A stretch of DNA of 39,256 nt, taken from positions 1-39,256 of the forward strand of contig JAGBWQ010000117.1 of the NCBI GenBank assembly GCA_017629735.1, given 5' to 3'. This stretch comes from Kiritimatiellia bacterium. GTDB lineage: Bacteria > Verrucomicrobiota > Kiritimatiellia > RFP12 > UBA1067. Positions 16,250-25,154 of the stretch are shown here, piece by piece; the stretch's first letter is position 1, and every line of letters begins with the position of its first letter. Under the pieces are notes generated by a model. That model searched no databases, had not been told where the DNA came from, and was given only the letters and a program-made list of their open reading frames with translations. A program made the position numbers and the translations under genes.

Positions 16250-17391
16250 TTGCGTTTAATAGGCTTAATCATTTCACGATAGCGCTGGTACGCTGCCGCT
16301 TGTTTCTTAAGGCCATCAAGTTTAACAAGCGCACGAATAAGACCATCAAGCGCATCAATCGACTGCGCATCTGCAGCGACCGCACGCGAATATATCTCGC
16401 GAGCTTCGGCATGGCGACCAAGACGCGCAGCAAGAGCGCCTGCCGTAAGATAAGTCGAAACTGCTCCAGCTCTTAAGGTGCACGCAGCTCTGTATGCTTC
16501 AAAAACACGCGAGGAAGATGCTTGCTTCTGCTTTTCAAGAGCCTTGGCCAAACCGAGAGCAGCGGGATAAGAAAGAGTGTCGAGCTTAAAGGCTTCCTCG
16601 TATTTCGATGCAGCCGTCTTATACTCGCCCTTCCTGTATGCACTCTCGGCAGAAGAAAGCGCTGATGCGCTTGCAGCGCTATTTCTCTTGGACGCGCCAG
16701 GGCGCTCGGCGAGAGCGCGGCGGATTGAATCCTGCAATCCAGGGATTACCGTCCTTTGAACCTTTGCCATGCGAGGAGTGGCCTCCGTATCAAGGCGGAC
16801 ATAGATATTCAAGTTCTCAAGCGCCGCTTCAAGATACCCGAATGCATCGCGATAGAGGATACCAAGATTATACCACGCGGCAGCATTTTTGCGATCGAGC
16901 CTAATTGCCGTAAGAAACGCAATGCGCGCCATATCAGGTTCGTCGCATGTCGTTGCCACAACTCCGCGACCACACCAAGCCTGCGACCTTATTGCTGCAT
17001 CGTTTGAAAGATTATCGGAAACCTCCTTATAGAGCTTTTCTGCTTTAGAATAATCCTTCATATGCCATGCAATTTGCGCGGCAAGCAACTTCACATCGAC
17101 ATCGTCGGCAGGATAATTGCTCGCAGTGGAAATCGCGTTTTCTGCGCCATCAAGATCGGCAAGAGCAAGCTTGGCGAGCGCCATATAGACGAGAGTGTCG
17201 GTTCTGCCAGGCACATCTTCAAGGCTCTTCGCAAGAAGCTTCTCCGCTCTCTTGAAATCGCCGGCCTCGTATGCCGCCTTACCAGAAGCAAGATCGGAAA
17301 GCCCATCTGACGGGCCACACCCCGTAAGCATACCAGCTGCAGCAGCCGATATGACAAAACTCTTAAGCGCGAATGAGAGCGAGAATTTCAT
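16246..17391 (-). CDS. TPR-repeat lipoprotein
   Basis: MKFSLSFALKSFVISAAAAGMLTGC is a signal peptide plus lipobox (LTGC). Several TPR-like repeats follow. Start taken at ATG 17391. Confidence 0.75.
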   Translation of the reverse strand: MKFSLSFALKSFVISAAAAGMLTGCGPSDGLSDLASGKAAYEAGDFKRAEKLLAKSLEDVPGRTDTLVYMALAKLALADLDGAENAISTASNYPADDVDVKLLAAQIAWHMKDYSKAEKLYKEVSDNLSNDAAIRSQAWCGRGVVATTCDEPDMARIAFLTAIRLDRKNAAAWYNLGILYRDAFGYLEAALENLNIYVRLDTEATPRMAKVQRTVIPGLQDSIRRALAERPGASKRNSAASASALSSAESAYRKGEYKTAASKYEEAFKLDTLSYPAALGLAKALEKQKQASSSRVFEAYRAACTLRAGAVSTYLTAGALAARLGRHAEAREIYSRAVAADAQSIDALDGLIRALVKLDGLKKQAAAYQRYREMIKPIKRK

Positions 17392-18718
17392 CGCGTTTTG
17401 CCTCCATTGTCTCTTTAGTCTTTCCTTCAAGATTAAGCCTTACGAGCGGTTCGGTGTTGCTCATTCTTACATTCGCCCACCAGCCTTCGCTCTCCCAAGC
17501 ATCGACACTCGTTCCGTCAAGAGAAAAGACCTTCGCTTTGTCGGCATAGGTCTTGCCGATGCGCTCGAGAACTTCCGCAGGAGGAGTGGTGGTGACGGTG
17601 TTTATTTCACCCGACTGGAAATATTTGCGAAGAGGAGCAACAAGCTCGCTAAGCGGCACTTCAGATGCACTTACTATATTTGCAAGCGCATATGTTGCCA
17701 TCGCGCTCGACTCCGCAGTGGAGTTGGCCTTGAAATAATAGTGACCCGAAAGCTCGCCTGCGAAAATCGCATCGTTTTGGCGCATCTGATCCTTAATAAA
17801 GCTGTGCCCAACGCGAGACATCATAGGCTTACCGCCAGCAGCCATGATTGTCTCTTCGCACACGCGGCTCGAACGCAGATCGTAGAAGCAAACAGCACCA
17901 GGGGTCTGCGCAAGCAAATCTTTGGAGATAAGAGCCGTCACAAAATCCATGGGGATAACATCGCCCTTTTCGTCGAGGAAGCCCGCTCTGTCGGCATCAC
18001 CATCGTAAGCAACGCCAAAGGCATACTTACCTGCGTTTGCGCGCATAAGAGACTGGAGATCTTTGAGAGTTTCGACATGAAGCGGATTTGCATCGTGATT
18101 CGGGAAGTCTCCGTCATACTCGCCATAGAGTGCATCGAAGGAAAGATCGCCACCTTTAAGAGCAACGCTCTCTGCAATTCCCATTCCGTTTGCAAAATCG
18201 ACGGCAATATGCAAAGGCTTTTTCATTCTGGCAAAAGTCTTCACATGTTCTGCGTACGCTGCAGCCACATCAACAGTAGACACACTGCCGCGGCCTACGG
18301 GCGGCTCGTGGAGATTAATCTCACCTGCAATGCGCTCGATATCCTTAATGCCTGTCGCACCGGAAATCGGAACTGCCTGAGCGCGGCAAAGTTTGCAACC
18401 ATTCCATTCCTTCGTATTGTGCGAAGCAGTTATCATCACCGAACCATCAGCACCGAGATAAGCATTGGCAAAATAGCTCATCGGCGTGGAAGCAAGCCCA
18501 ATGTCGAGAACATCAACGCCTTCATCAACCAAACCCTGCGCAAATGCAGTAAATAAGGCGTCTGATGATTTGCGGCAGTCGCGAGCGACCACTACCTTTG
18601 CGCCGCGCCCCGAAAGGCCAAGGAAACGCGAATAAGCGCGAGCTATTCTGTAAAAATCGCGATCGAAGAGTTCAACTCCATAAACGCCGCGAATGTCATA
18701 AGCTTTATATATTCCCAT
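17363..18718 (-). CDS. Phosphomannomutase / phosphoglucomutase (alpha-D-phosphohexomutase family)
   Basis: YDIRGVYG at the N-terminus, active-site loop ITASHNTKEWNG, metal loop AYDGDADRAGF, sugar loop GELSGHYYF. 451 aa. Confidence 0.9.
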   Translation of the reverse strand: MGIYKAYDIRGVYGVELFDRDFYRIARAYSRFLGLSGRGAKVVVARDCRKSSDALFTAFAQGLVDEGVDVLDIGLASTPMSYFANAYLGADGSVMITASHNTKEWNGCKLCRAQAVPISGATGIKDIERIAGEINLHEPPVGRGSVSTVDVAAAYAEHVKTFARMKKPLHIAVDFANGMGIAESVALKGGDLSFDALYGEYDGDFPNHDANPLHVETLKDLQSLMRANAGKYAFGVAYDGDADRAGFLDEKGDVIPMDFVTALISKDLLAQTPGAVCFYDLRSSRVCEETIMAAGGKPMMSRVGHSFIKDQMRQNDAIFAGELSGHYYFKANSTAESSAMATYALANIVSASEVPLSELVAPLRKYFQSGEINTVTTTPPAEVLERIGKTYADKAKVFSLDGTSVDAWESEGWWANVRMSNTEPLVRLNLEGKTKETMEAKRDEILALIRA

Positions 18719-18748
18719 ATTTTCTCCGTTTTAAATTTTCAAAATTCC

Positions 18749-19594
18749 TCACTCAAAAAACTTAAGAATCCTCCCAGTTTCGTCGAGCTCGACTCCATGT
18801 GGGTGGTGCCCATATGCCCAGCGTTTATCAACCGTGATGTTGCCGCCAGCTTGCTTGAAATTCTTCAAGAAAACTTCACAGTTAAGCTTGGGATCAACTG
18901 TCTGATCCTGCCCGCCATAGAGAAGCAAAACAGGGATTTTCGCCGCAGCGATCTTGCCCGCGAGATTAATGGGCATTCTAGGATCGTTTGCCCATTTGCC
19001 GCCCGCAGGTGCTTTTGCCGCCCAAGGTCCTTTTTTCTTGGCAGCCTCCGTAGGAGCCACAAATGGCACAAAATTGTCGAATGTCAAAAGAGGAGCATCG
19101 AGATATATGCGCCTGACATTCGCAGGGTGCGCCGCCGCATAGCGAATAGAGAAGAACCCGCCCCAACTCATACCAATCAAGTTAGCCTTCGGTGCGAAGG
19201 AAAGCTTCTCAACAAGATATTTCTGAAAGGCGGCGGCCGCGGCAACACCTTCATCGTTCATTCGCGTCTCAAAAAGCTCTATTGTAGCGTGATGATAGCC
19301 CTTTGCCAATGCATCTGGCACGCCGGTGCGCTTAACAAAGGCCTCGGCCCACTGCATTGTCCATGTCCAAGGCCGACCTTCAATCGGCTTTACAGACGGC
19401 TCAACCACCCAAGCGACAAAACCATTAAAGGAAAACTTCGTCCTATTAAAACCGTACCAATTATCTTTCGCAATTATCTTATGATCCTTGGCGATAGTTT
19501 CAGCAAGAGAAGCACGAGGCTCTGCGGAAAGAACATTTCTTCCGCTCAGGACAAAAATGAGAATGGCAAAGATAGCCGAAAAAGCGCCCTTCAT
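18749..19594 (-). CDS. Secreted alpha/beta-fold hydrolase (esterase/dienelactone-hydrolase-like)
   Basis: Signal peptide MKGAFSAIFAILIFVLSGRNVLSA, nucleophile elbow GMSWGG, C-terminal GGQDQTVD and GHHPHG. Start taken at ATG 19594. The track start at 19642 lies inside the predicted promoter. Confidence 0.75.
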   Translation of the reverse strand: MKGAFSAIFAILIFVLSGRNVLSAEPRASLAETIAKDHKIIAKDNWYGFNRTKFSFNGFVAWVVEPSVKPIEGRPWTWTMQWAEAFVKRTGVPDALAKGYHHATIELFETRMNDEGVAAAAAFQKYLVEKLSFAPKANLIGMSWGGFFSIRYAAAHPANVRRIYLDAPLLTFDNFVPFVAPTEAAKKKGPWAAKAPAGGKWANDPRMPINLAGKIAAAKIPVLLLYGGQDQTVDPKLNCEVFLKNFKQAGGNITVDKRWAYGHHPHGVELDETGRILKFFE

Positions 19595-19641
19595 GATCCC
19601 CTCTGTTGTAGGTTTATGCACATACAGTTGAATGAAGTGCA

Positions 19642-19650
19642 ATTATACCA
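19642..19650 (-). promoter_or_regulatory. Extended -10 box TGGTATAAT upstream of the hydrolase gene
   Basis: The reverse complement of 19642-19650 is TGGTATAAT, about 47 nt upstream of ATG 19594, which has a GAGGGG SD. Confidence 0.45.
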
Positions 19651-19686
19651 TATCTAGAGGGGTTTGTGGGCAGATTTAACTAACTA

Positions 19687-20751
19687 TCACGATGACCAGT
19701 CGGCATCGTACTGTGCCTGCTTGGCAGTATTCCCTTCTGGGTCGATTACACCAACAAACGATACGGCAGATCCACTATTGCCTGTCCCAGCATTCTGCTT
19801 GAAAACGAGAAGATAATTGCGATAATGCTTCTTATCGAGCGTAGGGCAGCGTGGCGCGTTCTCGAAAAACTTAGTCGTAGCCTCACAATCGCGCCCAAGC
19901 CCAAACACATAAAGCTTGCAGCAAATTCCCTTGGAATAATATGTAGCAGGATCTGTCTGACTAAGCCCACTAACATTATATGTGGAAGCATAGTCGAGTC
20001 CTAAGTCACGATAAATTGATTCGCAAGCGGCTGGATTTAAAACTGCAACAGCCGAACCGTTTGTAAGAACTACTGGATAGCATGCGCTAAGATCGGCTCG
20101 ATGGCCAGGCCCGCCACCAGTCGAATGAAGCCCCATATGCGTGTAATAGACGCTAGAATTCCAATTAAGACCGCTAGACTGCGCATTTGAATAGTTATGA
20201 CGCGTAACAATACTAATTCCAGCATCTCTCAACGCCGCAATATCTTTTTCTGCAAGATAGTAAAGGCAAAGCTTTGCTGGCAGGCTCTGTCCTTTCGATT
20301 GCGTCGCTTTCGCCATTGCTTCAAGACCGACATTTTCTTCGTGAGCAGCAGGAATGTCAGCTATCTCGCCAGTTCCGACACCATTAGCATTAACAACTAA
20401 AGAAGTGCGCTTAATGCCGCAATAAATACCAGGGACGATACCTCCTGCACCATCATACCACGCATTCTCACAGCGATAAGTGCCCTCAGGGCCTACTGCA
20501 TCTCCACCGCCAAGCGCAGAATCGACAAGCGACTCTGCATACGCAAACATTCCGCGATGCGTATCGCCATCAATGCGCGCAATCTCCGTGTTGATTGTGC
20601 GCGTAATGTTCTTGATGTTCGCGACATTCACTCTGCGCGAAGATTCCTTGCGCAAGTCTGCAAACTTACCTACTGCGATTGCGGAGACAATCGCTATTAC
20701 GGCAACAACGAGAATAAGCTCTATGAGAGTAAATCCATTTTTCGTTTTCAT
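19687..20751 (-). CDS. Large prepilin-type (type IV pilin / pseudopilin) protein, paralog 2
   Basis: MKTKNG|FTLIELILVVAVIAIVSAIAV is a class III signal peptide with Glu at +5. 354 aa. Paralogous to the adjacent gene. Start at ATG 20751 gives a short basic leader. Confidence 0.85.
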   Translation of the reverse strand: MKTKNGFTLIELILVVAVIAIVSAIAVGKFADLRKESSRRVNVANIKNITRTINTEIARIDGDTHRGMFAYAESLVDSALGGGDAVGPEGTYRCENAWYDGAGGIVPGIYCGIKRTSLVVNANGVGTGEIADIPAAHEENVGLEAMAKATQSKGQSLPAKLCLYYLAEKDIAALRDAGISIVTRHNYSNAQSSGLNWNSSVYYTHMGLHSTGGGPGHRADLSACYPVVLTNGSAVAVLNPAACESIYRDLGLDYASTYNVSGLSQTDPATYYSKGICCKLYVFGLGRDCEATTKFFENAPRCPTLDKKHYRNYLLVFKQNAGTGNSGSAVSFVGVIDPEGNTAKQAQYDADWSS

Positions 20752-20782
20752 TTGCACTGCGCCTTTCACGTTCATTTTACGC

Positions 20783-21763
20783 TTACAAGCTCTTTATCAC
20801 ATGCTGCGCTGCGCGCACCGTATTGCCGCAGCAATCGAGAACGCCTGCGAACTCAGGCACAAGCGACGAAACAGACCCCGAGCCTGCATTCCTAAGACGG
20901 AAAAGAAGAATGTAACGCGAATAGTACCTCTTATCGACATATGTTGCATACGGCACAGACTCAAGGCCTGCATTTGCATTTCCTACAATCGTTGCAAGAT
21001 CATTAAGACCAAATGCGATAAGAAGCCCACCCTTAAGATCAACTTCTGCTCTTACCTCAGATTCGGTGTATATTTCGTTCCACTTTTTCGTAGAAAGATA
21101 TTCACCTCCAAACGACTGATAAACCGTGCGTCCAAGATGTGTGGACGGATCGATTGCCGCAACTACAAGACCATTTGTGACGCTCTTTGTGATGCAAGAG
21201 GCAAGATTCGGATCAAGCCCGTCAGAGGCGCCGGGAACCGTGCCATCGTCTCCACGGTCATAACCATTGGAGGAAGGATATCCCTGCGCCTTTTCATAAT
21301 GGCGCACCACATACCTAAGTCCGAGACGATCAATCAATGCAGACGCTTCAGCCTTATTCAATCTATACAAACAAAGCAAGCTTCTCAAATCGGGGTGAAT
21401 ACCCGCGTTCTTATCTGCAACAGATGCGGCATCAAGATTGCCAAGATCAGATGGGCCGAAATAAACAGTGGAATCTCCCATAGTCTGATCGTTAAACTCT
21501 ATCCTCGCGCCAGCCGAAGTATAATCGCTTTGCTCTGCATCCGCAGTGCAATTTGCATACATAAGATTATCAAGCCTATTAAGCTTCCCTCCTGAAACGA
21601 GAAATGCCTCAACAGCCCTTTCAACTGCCTTCTGGTTTGCAAGCGAGACTTTTCGCGCTGCGGCCTCGCGTACCCCGCCAACTTTGGAGACGGCGAGCGT
21701 TGAAATTATCGCAATGATTGCGATAACCATAAGAAGTTCTATCAGTGTGAATGCTTTTTTCAT
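20783..21763 (-). CDS. Large prepilin-type (type IV pilin / pseudopilin) protein, paralog 1
   Basis: MKKA|FTLIELLMVIAIIAIISTLAV is a prepilin cleavage/methylation motif. 326 aa. Confidence 0.85.
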   Translation of the reverse strand: MKKAFTLIELLMVIAIIAIISTLAVSKVGGVREAAARKVSLANQKAVERAVEAFLVSGGKLNRLDNLMYANCTADAEQSDYTSAGARIEFNDQTMGDSTVYFGPSDLGNLDAASVADKNAGIHPDLRSLLCLYRLNKAEASALIDRLGLRYVVRHYEKAQGYPSSNGYDRGDDGTVPGASDGLDPNLASCITKSVTNGLVVAAIDPSTHLGRTVYQSFGGEYLSTKKWNEIYTESEVRAEVDLKGGLLIAFGLNDLATIVGNANAGLESVPYATYVDKRYYSRYILLFRLRNAGSGSVSSLVPEFAGVLDCCGNTVRAAQHVIKSL

Positions 21764-21788
21764 TTTCTTGTTTCCCTTTACTTAATTT

Positions 21789-21817
21789 AAAACGAAGCTG
21801 ACCGCAAAAAGGTTCAC
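21789..21817 (-). promoter_or_regulatory. ECF-sigma-like promoter GTGAACC-N16-CGTTTT upstream of the tandem pilin genes (copy A of a repeated 34-nt element)
   Basis: The minus strand reads AAGTGAACCTTTTTG CGGTCA GCTTCGTTTTAAAT, 25 nt upstream of ATG 21763. A near-identical element lies at 30377-30410. Confidence 0.4.
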
Positions 21818-23940
21818 TTAATTAAATTTGCGGCATCATCAGTTAAATTGCGCTCTTTAAGAGCTCCTGATTCTGGATCGCGATGAATCATCATAGACGA
21901 CCTTGTATCTCGCGCTGGGTGCGCAGAAAGAGCCTTAAGAAGCTCTTGTGAAGCCTTTCCTCCTTCGTATGGAGTCATAATCACACACGGCCTTATAAGA
22001 ACAACAAGTTCCGTACGCCTCTTTACCTTTTCGGTGCCGCGGAAAAGCCAACCCAAGAGCGGAACCGATCCAAGAATCGGCGTACGGAAATACCTTTCCG
22101 ATTCTACTTCATTGATAAGGCCGCCAGCCATAACCGCCATTCCATCTTTCGCCACAAATGTGCCTGCAAGCGAACGAGAGACAACGTATTCAATCTCTTT
22201 GTTCTCGCCCTTGCCGCCCGTAACGGGAATAGAAACCTTTTCAGGACTGATAGATGAATTCTCTTGAAGAAGACGCAACGTCACAGTCCTATCAGAATTG
22301 ATGCTCGGCGTAATCAGAAGCATATTGCCGACATCTTTGCGTTCAATCTCAACTGTCGGCTCTGTATTTTCAATAACGCCCTGTGTCGACGTAGTCTCGC
22401 CAACAGTCCACCCTGTAACGATTGGATATTCCTTGCCATCAAATATGCGAGAGACTTCGTTGTTCGCAGAAAGGAGCGTTGGCGTGGCAAGCGTCTTAAC
22501 CTTTCCATCTTTCTGCATAAGCTCAATTTTAGTTATCAAATCAGAGCTTAAAGTCTTGAAGGCAAATGTAGGCGTAAACGAATCCATAGCAGACGATGCT
22601 CCCTGCGCAATATCGGCAAAAAGATTTTCGCCTTTAGATCCACTTACTGCCTTTGATCTTCCATTAAACGAATACTCAAACGATGCATTAAAGTCGTCCG
22701 TGATATCAAGCTCAAGAACCTTTACTTCCATAAGAACCATCGGTGTTGGAACATCGAGCCTCTTAACGAGATGGCGTATCTCGTCCATCACCTTTACATC
22801 GCTCGTCCTGACGATAAGCATATTGTTCTTGCGTGACATCGACACAAAAATATTCGCTGCGCCAAAAAGGCGACGCCCTTTCACCGTGTCCCACATATTT
22901 GTGTCGCCGCCAAGCAACGCCTCATCAATGAGCTTTGCCTCCGAAGCACTCAAGCCTCTCCCATCAGCCATTCTCTGACGGCGCGAGCCAAGCGCATCCC
23001 ACTGCGAGAGGCGAGAGAGAACATCGCCACGGCTGAACGAAAATGCGCCTGCGCCGGAACGCGAACCAGAAGATGTCGTGCGAGGCGACTGCATTTCCAT
23101 AAACTGCGAATTGCCGTTCTCCTCAATCACGCGGAAGCGACGGAAGCGACGCGAAAGATCATATTCGTCATCCTCCTCAAATTCCTTCTCACCGAGAGAG
23201 AGAAGTGTTCTGTCTGGATAGAGGCTGTAAATTGCCGAGGCGACTTCCATCACATTCGGATAAAGAAGCGTAAAAGTCTCCGTAGTCTCCTCGCGGAAAG
23301 TGGTGAGACTTTCGGTGTATTCCTCCATTGTCGTAATGCGTATTACATTACCCTTCGTATCATAGCGATACCACAGCGAAGTTGCGCGGCAGATTTCCTC
23401 GACAGCATCTTGCGCGGCGATATTGCGCAAAAAGATCGAAACTGTTTTGCCGGCCGTCGCATCTGAGGATGAGATGTTTACACCTGTCTGATCGGCAATA
23501 AGGCGCATGAGTATGCTGATAGGAGTTTTGTCGCATTCAAGATAACGCAAGAAAGCATCCGGCATTTTCTCGGGCGCGGGAAGCGGAGTATAAGAGCCTG
23601 GCACAAGAACACTCTTCCCTGCGGCAGGCGCGAATTCGACACCCTCTTCACTTACCTTCGAAACAGGAAGCGCAACTCTTACGCCATCGACGACTTCTCT
23701 TGCCACACTTCCGCGGCGAAGCACAACAGCAGACGAGACAGCCTTTCCAACAAGAGACGCGCCCTCGCCGCCCTTTCCGACAACAAGCGCGTGAATCTTA
23801 AGGCTTCCGTCTCCTGCAAGACGGCGAGCAATCGCTTCTGCCATAGCGTCTGTCGCCTTCGTAGGATCGATGTTCGTGGCATGCGCGGACGAGAACGAAA
23901 GAACCGCGGAAACGATTATCAATATTTTCTTGATTTTCAT
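21814..23940 (-). CDS. Secretin (GspD/PilQ family outer-membrane channel)
   Basis: Signal peptide MKIKKILIIVSAVLSFSSAHA. C-terminal secretin domain with RTPILGSVPLLGWLFRGTEKVKRRTELVVLIRP. 708 aa. Confidence 0.9.
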   Translation of the reverse strand: MKIKKILIIVSAVLSFSSAHATNIDPTKATDAMAEAIARRLAGDGSLKIHALVVGKGGEGASLVGKAVSSAVVLRRGSVAREVVDGVRVALPVSKVSEEGVEFAPAAGKSVLVPGSYTPLPAPEKMPDAFLRYLECDKTPISILMRLIADQTGVNISSSDATAGKTVSIFLRNIAAQDAVEEICRATSLWYRYDTKGNVIRITTMEEYTESLTTFREETTETFTLLYPNVMEVASAIYSLYPDRTLLSLGEKEFEEDDEYDLSRRFRRFRVIEENGNSQFMEMQSPRTTSSGSRSGAGAFSFSRGDVLSRLSQWDALGSRRQRMADGRGLSASEAKLIDEALLGGDTNMWDTVKGRRLFGAANIFVSMSRKNNMLIVRTSDVKVMDEIRHLVKRLDVPTPMVLMEVKVLELDITDDFNASFEYSFNGRSKAVSGSKGENLFADIAQGASSAMDSFTPTFAFKTLSSDLITKIELMQKDGKVKTLATPTLLSANNEVSRIFDGKEYPIVTGWTVGETTSTQGVIENTEPTVEIERKDVGNMLLITPSINSDRTVTLRLLQENSSISPEKVSIPVTGGKGENKEIEYVVSRSLAGTFVAKDGMAVMAGGLINEVESERYFRTPILGSVPLLGWLFRGTEKVKRRTELVVLIRPCVIMTPYEGGKASQELLKALSAHPARDTRSSMMIHRDPESGALKERNLTDDAANLIK

Positions 23941-25154
23941 GATGCTCCTGCTATTGCGAATATTGCTGTGAAAAATGCTATATAAACAAAACCGACTATA
24001 AGACCTGTAATGACGATGACCACGGGCTCGATCAGCATTCCAAAACGCTTAACCGCCACGGCAAGCATCATCTCATGAAGACGCGCTGTCTCTGCGAATG
24101 TTTCAGGAAGCGCACCGCTCTCCTCTCCCACCGCCGCCATGTGGCGAAGCATCGGAGGAAACTCAGATGCTCCAACAAGAGAGACCGCGAGAGGCGAACC
24201 ATTTAGAACACCCGCGTGCGCTTCGAGAATACGACGGCGAAACCTAAAATTGGACATAAGAGAAGCCGCCGTTGAAAGTGCATCGAGAAGAGCCACGCCC
24301 GACTCCGTCATTATCTGCATCGATCTTGCAAAAAGCGATGTTCCAGAAAGGCGCAATATGCCGCCGGTCACAGGAATGCGGAGAAGAAACGCATCTTCAA
24401 GATCTCTTCCTTTCGGATACAAACGAATTGCCCACCAAACCGCAGCAAACGCGGCAATCCAAACGGGAATAAAAAGACCGTTCGTAGAAAGCCACTGAGA
24501 AAAATCAACGAGCATTTGTGTCACTTGCGGCAACTGCGCTCCGCCTGCCTCAAGAAAATCCGCTATCTTGGGAATAACAGCAAGAACGAGATACACGCTC
24601 ACTCCAATTGCTGCAAGAACGACAAACGCAGGATACATAAGAGCGTTTATCACAGCCGAGCGCAAATTGCGCCGCGCCTCAAGTTGATCTGCCGCGCGCG
24701 CAACAGAAATGTAAAGTTCGCCAGAGCGCGCGCCCACTTCACAAAGACGCACAACAACATCACTAAATTGACGAGGCCTAGAAGAAAGAGCTTCTGCAAA
24801 TGAAGTTCCCCCAAGTACACGCTCGGCGACGCTCATCCACATTTTCTTTGCGCGCGGCGAAGGCGACTGCTCCGCCATTGTTCTCAAACCCTGAAGAAGA
24901 GTAACACCACTTTTGAGCATTGAGGAAAGTGCACGAAGGCCCGTCTCAATATCGATCATTCTAATTGGACGCAACCAAGAAGGATGCCAAAGCGGCGGAA
25001 GATATGTCGAGGAGTCTGCACATTCCTTCAAGCCGAGAACCAACCAATTTTCGTAACGAAGGGTAGATACAACTTCATCACGCGAAGTGCCGCTGCGCAT
25101 GAAAACGCGTCGCACTCCGTTTGCATCTGCCGCTGTTACCGAAAATGTTTTCAT
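23937..25154 (-). CDS. Type II secretion / type IV pilus platform protein (GspF/PilC family)
   Basis: 405 aa with the duplicated GspF-type domain architecture, three hydrophobic segments, and the C-terminal EPVVIVITGLIVGFVYIAFFTAIF. ATGA overlaps on both sides. Confidence 0.9.
   Translation of the reverse strand: MKTFSVTAADANGVRRVFMRSGTSRDEVVSTLRYENWLVLGLKECADSSTYLPPLWHPSWLRPIRMIDIETGLRALSSMLKSGVTLLQGLRTMAEQSPSPRAKKMWMSVAERVLGGTSFAEALSSRPRQFSDVVVRLCEVGARSGELYISVARAADQLEARRNLRSAVINALMYPAFVVLAAIGVSVYLVLAVIPKIADFLEAGGAQLPQVTQMLVDFSQWLSTNGLFIPVWIAAFAAVWWAIRLYPKGRDLEDAFLLRIPVTGGILRLSGTSLFARSMQIMTESGVALLDALSTAASLMSNFRFRRRILEAHAGVLNGSPLAVSLVGASEFPPMLRHMAAVGEESGALPETFAETARLHEMMLAVAVKRFGMLIEPVVIVITGLIVGFVYIAFFTAIFAIAGAS

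Noticed and set aside
16914-16941. ACGAACC-N17-CGTTTC on the minus strand, a possible third ECF-type promoter that could drive cvpA and the sigma gene (autoregulation).
   Set aside because: It lies inside the TPR-lipoprotein coding sequence, about 650 nt upstream of cvpA. It shares only GAACC and CGTTT with the two 34-nt elements, not the flanking AAGTG, TTTTTG or GCTT blocks, and it has 17-nt rather than 16-nt spacing. That level of match is expected by chance in 39 kb.
21785-21819. A sigma-54 (GG-N10-GC) promoter for the pilin genes, as is common for type IV pilins.
   Set aside because: No TGGCAC/TTGC-like pair exists in either upstream element. The -24 GG dinucleotide is missing.
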